DNA of 64,000 bases from the human T2T-CHM13v2.0 reference genome, Homo sapiens (GCF_009914755.1 NC_060936.1), one strand, 5' to 3'. Positions 18,179 through 32,585 are shown, numbered from the stretch's first letter. Notes: generated by a model from the letters alone, not told the origin. A program made the numbers and translations.

Positions 18179-21100
18179 GAAGATGGCCAAATAGGAACAG
18201 CTCCAGTCTGCAGCTCCCAGCAAGATATACGCAGAAGGTGGGTGATTTCTGCATTTCCTACGCAGAAGGTGGGTGATTTCTGCATTTCATCTCATTGGGA
18301 CTGGTTGGACAGTGGATGCAGCCCAAGGAAGGAAAGCCGAAGCAGGGTGGGGCATTGCCTCACCGAGGAAGCACAAGGGGTTGGGGAACTCCCTCTCCTA
18401 GCCAAGGGAAACCATTCAGGACTGTACTGTGCACTCTGGCCCAGATGCTGTGCTTTTCCCATGGTCTTCACAACCTGCAGACCAGAAGGTTCCCTCTGGT
18501 GCCTATACCACCAGGGCCCTGGGTTCCAAGCACAATACTGGGCAGCCATTTGGGGAGACACCGAGCTAGCTGCACAAGTTTTTTTTTCATACCCCAGTAG
18601 TGCCTGGAATGCCAGTGAAACCGTTCACTCCCCTGGAAAGGGGGCTGAAGCCAGGTAGCCAAGTGGTCTGACTTGCTGGGTCCCACCCCCACAGAGCTCA
18701 GCAAGCTAAGATCCACAGGCTTGAAATTCTCGCTGCCAGCACAGCAGTCTGAGATTGACCTGGGACCCTCGAGCTTGGTGGTGGGAGAGGCATCCACCAT
18801 TGCTGAGGCTCGAGTAGGCAGTTTTCCCTTCACAGTGTAAACACAGCCACCAGGAAGTTTGAACTGGGTGGAGCCCATCGCAGCTCAGCAAGGCTGCTGC
18901 TGTCAGACTGCCTCTCTAGATTCCCTCTTCTGTGGGCAGGACATTTCTGAAAAAAACGCAGCACCCCCAGACAGGGACTTACAGATAAAACAACCACCTC
19001 CCTGGGACAGAGCACTTGCGGGAAGGGGTGGTTGTGGGCACAGCTTCAGCAGACTTCAACATCCCTGCCTGGAAGCTCTGAAGAGAGCAGTGGATCTCCC
19101 AGCACAGCATTCGATGTGCTGATTTGATATCCCTCTGATAAGGGACAGACTGCCTCCTCAAGTGTGTCCTTGACCACCATGTATTCTGACTGGGAGACAC
19201 TTCCCAGTGGGGGCTGACAGACACCTCATACACGAAAGCTCTGGCTGGCATCTGGCAGGTGCCCCTCTTGGATGAAGCTTCCAGAGGAAGGAACAGGCAG
19301 CAATCTTTGCTGTTCTGCAGCCTCCACTGGTGATATCCAGGCAAACACGGTCTGGAGTGAACCTCCAGCAAACTCCAGCAGACCTGCAGCAGAGGGGCCT
19401 GACTGTTAGAAAGAAAACTAACAAACAGAAAGGAATAGTATCAACATCAACAAAAAAGACGTCCACTCAGAGACCCCCTCCGAAGGTCACCAACTTCAAA
19501 GAGCAAAGGTAGATGAATCCACAAAAATGGGGAGAAACCAGTGCAAAAAGTTTGAAAATTCCAAAAACCAGAATGCCTCTTCTCCAAAAGATCACAACTA
19601 CTCGTCAGCAAGGGAAGAAAACTGGACAGAGAATGAGTTTGACAAATTGACAGAAGTAGGCTTCAGAAGGTGGGTAATAACAAACTCCAATGAGCTAAAG
19701 GAGCATGTTCTAACCCAATGCAAGGAAGCTATGAACCTTAATAAAAGGTTAGACAAATTGCTAACTAGAATAACCAGTTTAGAGAAGATAAATGACTTGA
19801 TGGAGCTGAAAAACACAGCATGAAAACTTCATGAAACATACACAAGTATCAACAGCTGAATCAATCAAGTGGAAGAAAGGATATCAGAGATTGAAGATCA
19901 ACTCAATGAAATCAAGTGAGAAGACAAGATTAGAGAAAAAAGAGTGAAAAGGAACAAACAAGGCCTCCATGAAATATGGGACTATATGAAAAGACCAAAT
20001 CTATGTTTGATTGGTGTACCTGAAACTGATGGGGAGAATGGAACCAAATTGGAACACATGCTTTAGGATATTATCCAGGAGGACTTCCCCAACCTAGCAA
20101 GGCAGGCCAACAATCAAATTCCAGAAATACAGAGAATACCACAAAGATACTCCTCGAGAAGAGCAACTCAAAGACACATAATCATCAAATTCACCAAGGT
20201 TGAAATGAAGGAAAAAAATGTTAAGGGCAGCCAGAGAGAAAGGCCTGGCAGACTAACAGTGGATCTCTCAGCAGAAACCCTACAAGCCAGAAGAGCGTGG
20301 GGGCCAATATTCACCATTCTTTAAAAAAAGAATTTTCAACCCAGAATTTCATATCCAGCCAAACTAAGTTTCATAAGTGAAGGAGAAATAAAGTCCTTTA
20401 CATACAAGCAAATGCTGGGCGATTTTGTCACCACCAGGCCTGCCTTACAAGAGCTCCAACAGGAAGCACTAAACATAGAAAGGAGCAACCAGTACCAGCC
20501 ACTGCCAAAACATACCAATTGTAAAGACCATTGACACTATGAAGAAACTGCATCAACTATCAGGCAAAATAACCAGCTAGCATCATAATGCCAGGATCAA
20601 ATTCACATATAACAATATTAACCTTAAATGTAAATGGGCTAAATGCCCCAATTAAAAGACACAGAATGGCAAATTGGATAAAGAGTCGAGACCCATCGGT
20701 GTGCTGTATTCAGGAGACTCATCTCACATGCAAAGACAAACATAGGCTCAAAATAAATGGATGGAGAAATATTTACCAAGCAAATGGAAAGCAAAAAAAA
20801 AAAAAAAAAAAAGCAGGGGTTGCAATCCTAGTCTCTGATAAAACAGATTTTAAACCAACAAAGACCAAAAGAGACAAAGAAGGGCATTATATAATGATAA
20901 AGTAATCAATGAAACAAGAAGAGCTAACTATCCTAAATATATCTGTACCCAATACAGGAGCACCCAGATTCATAAAGCAAGTTCTTAGAGACCTACAAAC
21001 AGAGATAGACTCCCACACAATAATAGTGGGAGAGTTTAACACTCCACTATCAATATTAGACAGATCAACCAGACAGAAGATAAACAAGGATGTTCAGGAC

Positions 21101-21790
21101 TTGAACTCAGCTCTGGACCAGGCAGACCTAATAGACATCTACAGAACTCTCCACCCCAAATCAACAGAATGTACATTCTTCTCAGCATCACATAGCACTT
21201 ATTCTAAAATTGACCACATAATTGGAAGTAAAACACTCCTCAGCAAATGCAAAGAAATGAAATCATGACAGTGTCTCAGAACACAGTGTAATCAAATTAG
21301 AACTCAGGATTAAGAAACTCACTCAAAATCGCACAAACTACATGGAAACTGAACAACCTGGTCCTGAATGACTACTGCATAAATAAGGAAATGAAGGCAG
21401 AAATAAAGATGTTCTTTGAAACCAATGAGAACAAAGACACAATGTACCAGAATCTCTGGGACACATTTAAAGTAGTATGTAGAGGGAAATTTACAGCACT
21501 AAACACCCACAAGAGAAAGCAGGAAAGATCTAAAATTGACACCCTAACATCACAATTGAAAGAACTATAGAAGAAAGAGCAAAGAAATTCAAAAGCTAGC
21601 AGAAGACAAGAAATAACTAAGATCAGAGCAGAACTAAAGGAGATAGAGACACGAAAAACCCTTCAAAAAAATCAATGAATCCAGGAGCTGTTTTTTTGAA
21701 AAGATCAACAAAATAGATAGACCACTAGCGAGATGAATAAAGAAGAAAAGAGAGAAGAATCAAATAGATGCAATAAAAAATGATAAAAGA
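18179..21790 (+). mobile_element. L1PA7/8-type LINE-1: 5' UTR, ORF1, endonuclease part of ORF2; 3'-truncated
   Basis: aagatggccaaataggaacagctcc start; ORF1 MGRNQCKK at 19527 with stops; ORF2 EN MPGSNSHITILTLNVNGLN at 20588; homology ends at aaaaaatgataaaaga ~21790. Confidence 0.95.
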
Positions 21791-22244
21791 AGAACAGGTT
21801 ATTACAAAAATAATAATAATTAGAAACTTTAAAGAATATAATTTAAGACTTTTGACATAAAATCCCTTAAGTAATAGCTAAATGGACAGAGCTCAATATC
21901 AAATTAGTGAATTGTGATACCAAGGAAAATGATGCACAAGAGAACGATGGTCTAAATTTCTAATAAGCCAGAGAAACAAACAAAAGGAATATATAAACTA
22001 ATAAAAAGTAAACATTTTATAGTTACACGAAAGCATATACTTCATATTGAAAAGGCACACACAGTAGTTGGAATAATGATAAAAATATTCATATCAATAG
22101 CTTGATATGGGAGGAAAAAGAGCTAACCCATACAGAGAAAAAGCATATAGACATACAAATATACACACATACAACACCAGAGAAAATAAGAAAAAAAAAA
22201 ACAGCATATAAACCTTCAAAAAATACTGGGGAAAAAAACCTGAA

Positions 22245-22880
22245 TACTTAATCAACTGAAAGTAAGACTATGCTTTCCACAATTAATTTATTTGGCACCA
22301 TACAAAAAATCAGCTGACTATAAATATTAATATATGGATTTACATTTGTACTTTTGATTCTGTTCCATTGATCTATATGTTTACCCTCTTGCCAGCACCA
22401 CAGTTTCTTGATAACTGTAGCTTTATGGTAAGTTTTGAAATTGGGAAGTAAAAGTCTTTCATCTTTACTTTTCTTTTCCAAAATTGTTTTGTGTATTCTA
22501 GGTGTGCATTTCTATATTAATTGTGCGATATGCTTGGCAATTTTTTCAAAAGCCATGCCAAAATTTTAATAGAGATTATGCTGACTCTCTGGGTCAATTA
22601 GAAGAGAATTACCATCTGTACTGTATTGGATTTTCTCAACCACAAACATGTAATGTCTCTCCATTTATTTAGATCTTTAGTTTTTCTCATTAAAGTTTTG
22701 TAAATTTCTTGCAATTTTTGTAAAATTTTTTTCTAAGTATTTTATTCCTTTGTATAGTACTGCAAGTGGAATTGTTTTAAATTTCATTTTTGTAGAGCTC
22801 ACTAGTCATTTGTGAAAATATGACTGCTTTTATATATTGATCTTTTACCCTACAACCTTTCTATACTTATCCTGTGACTT
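22245..22880 (-). mobile_element. Old L1M ORF2 fragment, antisense
   Basis: Minus ORF LLLPNFKTYHKATVIKKLWCWQEGKHIDQWNRI is L1 ORF2 C-terminal region. Confidence 0.85.
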
Positions 22881-22979
22881 TTCTGTATATAAATATTCTT
22901 TTAATAAAATATGTTTTCTATTTAATCAGCCAGAGTCAGCTTTTTGCTGACTGGGAAATTATGTTTATGTACTTCCCTA

Positions 22980-23900
22980 CATCTAAAAATTAAAAGAAAA
23001 AAAGTTTATGTACATGATAACTATTTAAGAAAATTAGACTTTATATCTTCATAAAAAGATTCTTAATAAACAAAGACAAGGAGGAATCTGCCTACTGACT
23101 GTATAAGTGCTATCTACCAGAAACCCATGGCTTACAGTAATGTCATTATTCAGCTTTGTACCACGGTCATTGACAATGCCACAGACTCAAATAAATAAAA
23201 TATATGTATAAATATACGAAAAATTAAATTAAACCATCATAATTTATAGATAATAAATCTTCCATCCAGAAAGTCCAGAAAAAGCAATAAAAAAATCTAA
23301 GACTGGTAAGAAAGTACAGCAAGGAGACTACATAAAAATAATATAAAATTAGTAAACTTTTTATGTATTTCTATGTGGTAGCAATAAAACATTATAAATT
23401 AGAATAAAAATGAACTCATTTACAATGAGCAATTTCTTTTTGTTGTATTTTTAGTAGAGGCGGGATTTCACCATGTTGGCCAGGATGGTCTCAATCTCTT
23501 GACCTCATGATCTGCCTGCCTTGGCCTCCCAAAGTGCTGAGATCTCAGGCGTGAGCCACCATGCCCGGCCTACAATGAGCAATTTTATAATAATATACTT
23601 AAATGTAAACTTATTCAAAGTGAACTTAGGTAAAATCATATTAAAAAAAACAGCAACAATAAGAACTCTAAACGTTTACAACATTTATTTAGTCTTGTTG
23701 TTTACAGCAAAAATAAGACCCAATACGTTAAAAATATATCTATATAACATATTTTTGAAAGAAGAAAACTTTGTCAAGGTGATACATTTTCAAAATAATT
23801 TATAAATTCAATATAATACCAATCCAAATTATAATAGGATGCACACATAAAAAGAAAAACCACAATGATTTTCATGTATGTAATTTGGGGAAAAGAGCAA
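22980..23900 (+). mobile_element. Highly degraded L1M ORF2 fragments
   Basis: Weak similarity (aagtgctatctaccagaaaccc, ataaattcaatataataccaatccaaatt). Confidence 0.5.
23436..23570 (-). mobile_element. AluSc left monomer only, with 15-bp TSD
   Basis: aggatggtctcaatctcttgacctcatgatc (Sc-type); TSD tacaatgagcaattt at 23421-23435 and 23571-23585. Confidence 0.9.
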
Positions 23901-24656
23901 GAAAGAATTACCTGTGAAATGGCATCCTGGCCTTGGAGCCCTGAGGTCTCAGTAGTTGAATTAGCATTCACTGCCTAGATCAACTGTTCTGGCTTGGATT
24001 TGTTACTGTACAAGTTGAAAATTTAGCGATTTATGAAAAAATTGAGTAATTGTGTGATTTTGGAGGGGATCTTTTTCTGTAAGAAATCATGAAACATGAT
24101 GGTTAAAAATATGGTATTGTTTTAAAAGTAAACCAAAAAATCATTAATGGGAATAGTATGAAATATAAGAAACTGTGTGTGAATCTCAAGATCCCTGTCT
24201 ATATTTATGTATCTATTAATGTATATATTTTATGGTAATTTAGTATATTAAACAAGTAAAATGTTTTATCATTAAGGATGATTGATGATAATTTTTATTG
24301 TAATGGGAATATATTAGAGCGTTGTTATTGGTAGTCGATTAAACAGAATGTCTTAAAAATAATAACCTCAGGCAAATATACACAGAACACTAGATATTAT
24401 GAAAAAAAAGAAAGATATGGAAAAGACGATAGTGAGTGGCCTGGAGCTGAGTTGGGGTTCAACTATGTACAATGGAGATATCTGAAGCCATTGGAATTCT
24501 CATCCACAATTCTTAATTGGGAAATTCTCAGGTAGTCGATGTTTTAATGCAATAAGAGATGTATAGAAATAAAGGAAACGACATACAAATTAGTCAAAAT
24601 AGATAGAGCCAAAGGAAGCCTACAAAGCAACAACCTCCACTTGAGAGAAGACCTGA

Positions 24657-25260
<604 letters not shown>

Positions 25261-25895
25261 AGGACTTTCTTTTATACTGCAGATCTGTGTTTCTTGGGCT
25301 GATGTGTTCTTGAGTAGTATAGCTAACAAACTCAAGATGATTTGCATCTGTTGGCCTCACTATTTCTCATCTGATTTTATTATCACACAGAAGGAAAACT
25401 TAGTAGGGCATATGTGAGACAACATCTTGATAAAGGAACAGGCAATCAGTGAGCCTCTACTAACATAGCTTGGTTGACCTTTAATAAAGGGGAACCTGAA
25501 CAGAGTAACTAAGCAAATGTAACTAAAATGGGCTGATTCACCAAGATCCAACAGATAAAAGCACATGAAAGTATACCAAAACACCAGTTTCTGGCATGTT
25601 GAATTATGTGCTACCTAAAGGACGACAAGAATTACTGATTCTCGATTTGGCAGCAGCATGTGTAACTTGACTCCATGTTTTCTTATATTTATCTTTTCTA
25701 AAAAAAATTTTCATTTTATACAAGATGTGTATGGAAGCAATCAGACTCTAGACTTGAAGGGGAAAGTATCAAGGACTCTTTTTTTCCTCCTTTTCTTGTA
25801 AGGATAGATTTGCCTTATGTGGAACAGCCACATGGAAAAAAAAGTGATGGAATTGTCCTGGTTTTACAATGATCTATGAAAAGAACTTTAAAATA

Positions 25896-26042
25896 GCCCA
25901 GATACAGTGGCTCATGCCTGTATTCCCAACACTTTGGGAGGCTGAGGTGGGAAGGTCACTTGAGGCCAGGAGTCCTAGACAAGACTGGGCATTAGAGAGA
26001 GACCCTGTTGTTATACACACACACAAATATTAAAAATAAAAA
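25896..26042 (+). mobile_element. FLAM/AluJ left monomer
   Basis: cagtggctcatgcctgtattccc...cacttgaggccaggagt..ctgggca, followed by an A/CA-rich tail. Confidence 0.85.
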
Positions 26043-26254
26043 GTCATAATCTCTGCCTCTGCTTCAGGGGTTAAGGGCCAGTATTTCTCTGCCCATGAAA
26101 ACTGAAGTAAAAGGGAGATTCAAGAGGTTGGCAAAGAAAATGACCTGACATTTTTAAAAACAATTCTGTTCTAAAGGGAAAATAGAAGAAACGTTTAGCA
26201 TGATAGAGAGTTCACAAGAAAAAAATTATTAAAAATTGATAAAAAAGGATAAAT

Positions 26255-26645
26255 ATGACACAATAAACATTTAAAGAATTTGAGTAAGGAACAATTTAGA
26301 AATTCAGACTCAAAAAGATTTAGCATTTTGATGAAGTGTCAAAGGCAAATATTTATAGGGTGAATACACAAACAAAATAAATTATTAGATTGGTCACAAT
26401 TACAAAATTGCCTTTTTTGCTTTACCTTGTTGGAAAGTTCTCAGTCACATAATAATATACTAGTTTGTTGTTTATGATTGGCTGAGGTAAAGTTTCGTTT
26501 CTGTCTAATGTAAGCACTTACCAGAAATTACTAACGTTTTGCTTATGTTTGCAGTTTAAGTAAAGTTAAATCTATTTTTAATGTCTAATTGATTTTGTTT
26601 GCTCAGGAGTTACTTAAACCCAGTAACAATTTTAATTTCGCTTAT
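26255..26645 (-). mobile_element. Probable old ERV LTR fragment (family uncertain)
   Basis: Repeated gattgg boxes and tgattggctga..aagtttcgttt, gttttgcttatgtttgc motifs reminiscent of ERV1-class LTRs. Confidence 0.35.
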
Positions 26646-26851
26646 AGAATATTAAAGTTTTAAAAAAGTATTTTTTGAGGTAGAGAGGTTCTACATGGTA
26701 AAATTTAGAATTTCATCAGCAGATTATATCAGTGAAGAAGTTTTAAAAGAGGCATATTACATAAAAAAAACTTTAAAAGTGGATATAATTCAATATTGAT
26801 TGTACTGGTGCTGGGTATAAATCGAAAATTTTAAGCTATTAGTAATTATGA

Positions 26852-27133
<282 letters not shown>

Positions 27134-27141
27134 GGTACTAT

Positions 27142-27956
27142 TGTACAGCAGGGGGGTACAGAAGTGCTGGGTAGAGAAGGTCAAAGTCCCTGGCGAGGGC
27201 TCCACCCTCGGGCCTGTGCCCATGGACGCAAGTGAGGACAGGCACTCTTGTTTTTGCACCCAAAGTTGCATTTTCCAATGTTGTATTTTCCAAGATCACT
27301 CTGGCCTACCATGCCTCCCAACCTGTGCCCATATAAAACCGAGAGACCATAGCAGGTATGCACAGAAGTGTCTGGAAATCAAGAGAAGCAGAAGAGCACA
27401 CAGACAGACACCAGCAGACATCAGCAGGCTATGGATGGCAGGACAACATGAAATTTGGTTGGGGGTGGTAGGAGGAGAGTCCGGCTGCTGGGCGGCCCAA
27501 CTCCAGAGGAAGACCACCTTCCCACTCCATTCCCCTTCTGGCCTTCCCATTCATCTTACTGAGAGTTTTTCCACCACTCAATAAAACTTCGCACCCATCC
27601 TCCAAGCTCATGTGTGATCTGATTTTTTTCTGGTACACTAGGGCAAGAAACTGGGATATAGAAAGCCCTCTGTTCTTGCCATAAGGCAGAGGGTCTAATT
27701 GAGCTGATTAACACAAGCCACCTGCAGATGGCAAAACTGAAAGATCCCACTGTAACACACACACGCCCACTGTGGCTTTGGGAGCTGTAAACACTCGGCC
27801 ATAAACACTGTCGTGGGGTCAGAGCCCCAAAACGCTCCCCACAACATTCCCGTCTCTATGCCCCCACAGGGGTTTAAGCAGTGGTGCATTGAAGAAGTGA
27901 GCCACACCCCTGACGCATGCCCTGGGAATGGGGATAAGAAAACTCCTCCTGTTTCA
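27142..27956 (+). mobile_element. Solo ERV1 LTR, LTR1/LTR27-28 (HUERS-P) group
   Basis: TG...CA ends; 4-bp TSD ctat; gaagtgctgggtagagaagg..ccctggcgagggctccaccc motif; TATA-like tataaaa 27332-27338; AATAAA 27580-27585. Confidence 0.85.
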
Positions 27957-29065
27957 CTATGTTTTAAAGTTTATGTGTTGGATATCCTTGCTAGCAAGTA
28001 AACTTGGCTTTGAGACTCTCGGACTTCTGCAGATATACAAGGAGAAAATTGAGTTAATTATTGGTGTTCAGAAGAAACATCATTCTAAATTCTGGTTTGA
28101 GCTTAAACTACAAAAAGCTAAAATACACTAACTTTAACAGTTACTTTAACTATTTGAAGAATAATTTTTTACTTCTCAAATAAGTAATTGCTATCATCTC
28201 AAAAGAATTGGTATCATCTCAAAATAATTGAGCAACACAGTAATGTTGTTATAGTTTGGGTAGTTTTAAATCATGTTTTGTTGTTTTGGTTTTTAGAACA
28301 CAGATAGCTCCTATTATGTAATAAAAAGTAATTTGTTGCACATAATAATTACTTTAACAAAAACTTTCATTAGTAAAGTGCTCAATATTGAAATTTGTAA
28401 TTCTAAACCAAAATTCAAAACATGGTGTATATGAACGTATAATAGACCAAAGTAGTGGATATATATATACATAATTTGTAATTGGCAACTTCTTTACCAA
28501 AACTATTCAAATAATATCTGATGTCATGTCTTATGCTAGAAAAATTCATGAGAAACTAAACTGTCTTGGAATTGTCAGATATCAAGATAATGTCACAAAT
28601 ATTTGGGGTTACAGGAAGTTGTCCTAAAACAACGAAAAGGCAAACCATTGTGCATATTGTGACCATTTGGTCTTCAAAAAAAGTTAACAAAATTAAAGTC
28701 AATTAAAATTAGAATTAGAAGTTGAGACTATAAAACAGCTATCAATCAATGTTGATTTAAAAATGCATAACATGCATTGTTCTACAGAATATTTTAACAT
28801 ATACATGAGTTCTCGACTGTTAAGAATAAGTAATATGTACCAATTAACCAAAATCACATGATTTTATGTTTCTGGTTAATATTTACAAGTACTTCATAAA
28901 ATTATATTGTTAGGTTATATTTTTAATATGTGCACTTATATTCATATTTTTAAAATATATTTATCATGAGAAACATTGTGTGGTATAAATTGGTAATGGA
29001 AGAATGTGAAGAACAGAAAGTGATTTTTTTAAATAAGATATTTAGATGCATATAAAAGTAGGGAA

Positions 29066-29380
29066 GGCCAGCTACAGTGGCTCATGCCTATAATCCCAGC
29101 AATTTGGGAGACCAAGGTTAGAGGACTGCTTGAGCCTATGAGTTAGAGACCAGCCTGGGCAACATAGTGAGACCCTGTCTCTACAAAAAAATAAAAAAAA
29201 AATTAAAAATCAGCCAGGAGTGGTGACATGCACCTGTAGTCAAACCTATTTGAGAGGCTTTACTTGGAGGATTACTTGATCCTGGAGGTCAAGGTTATGG
29301 TGAGCCATGATTGTACCACTGCAATCCAGTCTGGGCAACAACAGAATGAGACCGTGTCTTAGTAAGTTAAAAAAAAAAAA
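29066..29380 (+). mobile_element. AluJ (Jo/Jr-like)
   Basis: gcttgagcc..gagt..gagaccagcctgggcaacatagtgagacc; poly-A. Confidence 0.9.
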
Positions 29381-29571
29381 TCAGGGATATACTGGGTTTT
29401 ACTGATCAGATTATGAGAGAAGGGAGAATGGCTTTGGTTTATACAGGCAGAAATAAAAATTCTTAAATCAGTGAATTTAGGAGATGATATCTCAAAGGTT
29501 CTCAAAATTTTATAGAAAGCAACCATTATACCAAAGAAGACTTTACAGTGAATTCATATTTTTTTGTTTAC

Positions 29572-29826
29572 TTTTTTTTTTTTTTTTGAGACAGCATCTC
29601 ACTCTGTCACCCAGGCTGGAGTCCAGTGGCACAATCCCTGCTATTGCAGCCTTGACCTCCCAGGCTAAAGAGATCCTCCCACTTCAGCCTCCACAGTAGC
29701 TGAGACTACTGGCATGTGCCACCACACCCGGTTAATTTTTTAAATTTCTTCTAGACATGGGGTCTCATCATACTGCCCAGGCTTGTCTTGAACTCCTGGG
29801 CTCAAGCAAGCCTCCCTTCTTGGCCT
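29572..29826 (-). mobile_element. AluJ, 5'-truncated
   Basis: Poly-T; gcagccttgacctcccaggct; aactcctgggctcaagc. Confidence 0.9.
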
Positions 29827-29963
29827 AGAGCAAACTCTTGCAAAAATTAAAAAGGATATATTGGAGAATGATATCAGCCTAATAGTAAAGTCGGAGTTCT
29901 TTGGCTTTTCTACACCCCACAGAATTACAACTGACAAATTTCCTATGGCAAGTTTATCCCCGT

Positions 29964-30859
29964 TGTAAACAAGAAATAAAGTCCTAAACCCCCCAACCAA
30001 GTGAATGGATCCCCTCTGCACCAAAGGAAAGCTGAGAAACTGAATTCCCAACCATGATGGGAAAAAAAGAAGAAAGGTTGGACATGCCTCATATACCCCT
30101 TCATTTTGGAGTTTAGGCACAACTGATTTGGATTAACATTAAAATAGAAATCATAAGACTGACAAAACAGATGATTTATGGCAATAAGATACCAACTTCC
30201 AACCTGATTCTGGTATAGCATCACAACGACAGATAGCAAGCCTTAAATGAAATCAAAATACTTTACTCCAAAATATATTTGTTTGACATATTTTGAAGTG
30301 GTCCTGCAACGCTATCTCTCATGGGGTGAAATTTGCATCTGTAGAAAATCTCCTTTCCTTTCTATGTCTTTCCATATCTAGAAGAGGTTTAACTAAGAGC
30401 CTAACACCTTTTAAGTTATGAAAAGAGACATTTACCATCTATTCTCTCTGAAGCCTCTTACTTAGAGGCTTTGTCTATATAACAAGAACTGTGGCTTCCA
30501 CAGCCTTCTTATCTTAACTCAAGCATTCTCTTGTACTGACTTCTCAAATCTTTGGACAATGCTTTATTCTTTCAACCAACTGCCAATCAGAAAAATTAAA
30601 TCTACCTATGACCTGTAAGCCCCTGCTTCAAGAAGTCCTGCTTTTTCAGGCTGAACAAATGTGGACCTTACATGTATTGATTTATGTCTTTGCCTATAAC
30701 TTCTGAATCCCTAAAATGTATAAAAACAAGTTATAATCCAACCACTGTGTCCATATGTTCTCAGGGCTTCTTGAGACTGTACCTGAGCAGTGGTAACTCA
30801 TATTTGGCTCAGAATAAATTTCTTTGGATATTTTAGAAAGTTTGGCTTTTTCATCACCA
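29964..30859 (+). mobile_element. Solo MER4-group LTR (MER4B/D/E-like)
   Basis: tgtaaacaagaaataaagtcctaaaccccccaacc start; ctcatatttggctcagaataaat near end; ends ..cacca. Confidence 0.88.
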
Positions 30860-32585
30860 CATTGAATATTCCAGAACTAAAAGTGTACCTGTGAAATTCT
30901 CTCAGATTGCAGAACTGAGAAAAATCCATTATCAAACAGTAAGAAAAGTGGTGGTCTGCAACTGTGATGCCCCTCCTCCAAGCTCACACAGTGCCACATG
31001 CAGAGAAGTACCCTGGACACATAGTTTTTAAGTAAAAAGTTAGTGGGAGGTGGGCATCCATCTTCTCAACCATTCTGAGGAGTGTTGCTGTACCTTTTTA
31101 ACCCATGGGCAGCATCAAAAGCGCTAGCAGGACTAGTCCACCAAAGATCAATTAGAAACAAAGAATGGGGAGCAGGTGCACAGCAACTAATATGTGGACC
31201 TACTGCACTAGAGTTGGGCTTGGGGAGCACCAGCTGTAGCACTCATAGGCTTAAACAAAAACAGACAACTTTCTCTGAATTTCCCAACAGACTTACTGTA
31301 AATGGACAGTGACAGGAGAAAAAAATCAGGACTAAAAAGACCGGATAAATACCTATGTATTCCAAAAGCAGACATCAAGACTCAACTGCAAAGATCAAGA
31401 AAAATCAGGGAATCATAACATCACCAAATGATCAAAACAAGGTGCCAGCGAGTGACATGAAAGAGACAGTGATGGATGATCTTTATGTTAAAGAATTCAA
31501 AATAGCTGTTTTTAGAAAGCTCATCAATAAAATATAGAGAAACAATTTAGAATTTTATCAAAGAAACTTCACGAATTTTAATAAAAAAACACAAAAATTT
31601 TGAAGCTGAAAGAATACAATGAGCAAAATTAAAAACGGAATAGAGAAGATCAACAACAGAATTGATTAAGCAGGAGAAAGAATCAGTAAGATTGATGAAA
31701 CACTATTTAAAAATACACAGAGGAGAAAAAATAAAAAAGAATACAAGCAAATGAAAGAAGCATAAGGGATCTGTGAGGCAATATCAATAGAGCAAATATT
31801 TGTGTCATCAGTGTTTAAGAGCAAGTAGAGGAAGACAATGGAGTAGAAAGATTTTTTAAAGGAATAATGGCAGAAAACATTCAAAACCTGGGGGAAAATA
31901 TAAATATCTAAGTGCAGGGAAGTTGAATGTCACCAATAAGAGTCAATACAAATAAGACTGCAATAATATTATAATCAAAATTCAATGATCAGGAACAAAT
32001 AGAGGATTCTGCAAGTGGCAAGAGAAAAGAAGCATAGCTCATGTAAGGAGGTTCCAGTATGCCCGGCTGCAGGCTTCTCAGCAGCAACCTTACAGGCCAT
32101 GAGGTGGTGAGATGACATATTTAAAGTGCTGAAGAAAAATAATTGCTAACCAAGTATACTGTACCCAGCAAATCTTCCTTTCAGAAATAAAGGAGAGATA
32201 AAGACCTCCCCAGACAAACAAAAGCTGAGGGAGTCTATCACCACCAGACCTATCTCACAAGAAATGCTAAAGGGAGAGTTCTTCAAACTAAAAGAAAGAT
32301 ATGTTCACAAATAAGAGAAAGTATCTGAAGGTATATAACTCACTGGGAAGAGTAAATACACAGTCAAATTCAGAATGAGGAGAAATGTGAAATCTTATTT
32401 GTTATTGGGGGGGGATGTAAATCAGTACATCTCCTATGAAAAATAGTATGGAGGTGCCTCAAAATATTACACATAGAACTACCATATGACCTTCATATCT
32501 TACTACTGAGTATATATTCAAAGGACCTGAAATCAGTAACTTGAAAAGACATCTGCTACCATATTTATTGCAGCACAATTCACAG

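Noticed and set aside
27141-27584. 147-aa ORF
   Set aside because: Lies wholly in a solo LTR, non-ATG start, no recognisable protein
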